Below, in pieces: positions 63,932 to 64,000 of a stretch of 64,000 bases of DNA (its first letter is position 1; every line of letters starts with the position of its first letter). The DNA lies in assembly GCA_965247055.1 (NCBI GenBank), contig CBDFGE010000004.1, forward strand, positions 199,895-263,894, given 5' to 3'. Source of the stretch: Dehalococcoidia bacterium (GTDB lineage Bacteria; Chloroflexota; Dehalococcoidia; Lucifugimonadales; JAGWBF01). The position numbers and the translations under genes were made by a program. The notes below the pieces were generated by a model that did not search any database, had not been told where the DNA came from, and saw nothing but the letters and a program-made list of their open reading frames with translations.

Positions 63932-64000
63932 ACAGCCCCTATATTATACTGCCCGTCGCCGGCGATAAATAGGCCCCCTCCCCGATACGAGTGGCCCGGG

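Overview
This is a high-GC (by eye about 60-65%) bacterial chromosomal window with Shine-Dalgarno-led genes. The gene content (several luciferase-like oxidoreductases, family III CoA-transferases, DUF1800, DSD1/D-TA-type PLP enzymes, DUF5679, archaellum-type motor genes) suggests a Chloroflexota-like organism; that is inference only. Core blocks are: a CAX exchanger and TauE exporter; purF-purM-purH; a GT2 glycosyltransferase; Qor; an MFS pump; LLM oxidoreductases; the nusA-ylxR-infB-rbfA-truB operon; a peptide/amino-acid catabolic stretch (GGT, family-5 SBP, class IV aminotransferase, two DSD1-type paralogs); and tRNA-Pro(CGG). Five accessory blocks stand out. (1) A minus-strand island at about 36.2-44.5 kb holds a McrB-like GTPase, an IS256 insertion, and a McrC/DUF2357-like nuclease. 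These are followed by a P-loop NTPase-wHTH-class III cyclase fusion (interrupted by an in-frame TAA), a REC-LuxR regulator and a histidine kinase whose only sensor is a cNMP-binding domain. This is my top candidate for an undescribed defence/signalling system. (2) An archaeal-type motor trio (arlH-arlI-arlJ) plus a coupled disordered protein has no filament genes nearby and carries an IS between arlH and arlI. (3) A GrdB-like gene has an in-frame UGA (candidate selenocysteine, U-P-V-C). (4) A four-gene operon encodes coiled-coil and proline-rich repeat proteins. (5) A 1496-aa secreted-type protein has five tandem roughly 110-aa beta domains and a C-terminal dockerin-like module. There are four IS copies: one IS3 family, one IS256 family, and two identical 1312-bp IS5-family copies. 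At least five genes show frame or stop lesions. All calls come from reading the ORF track and sequence by eye; no searches were run.
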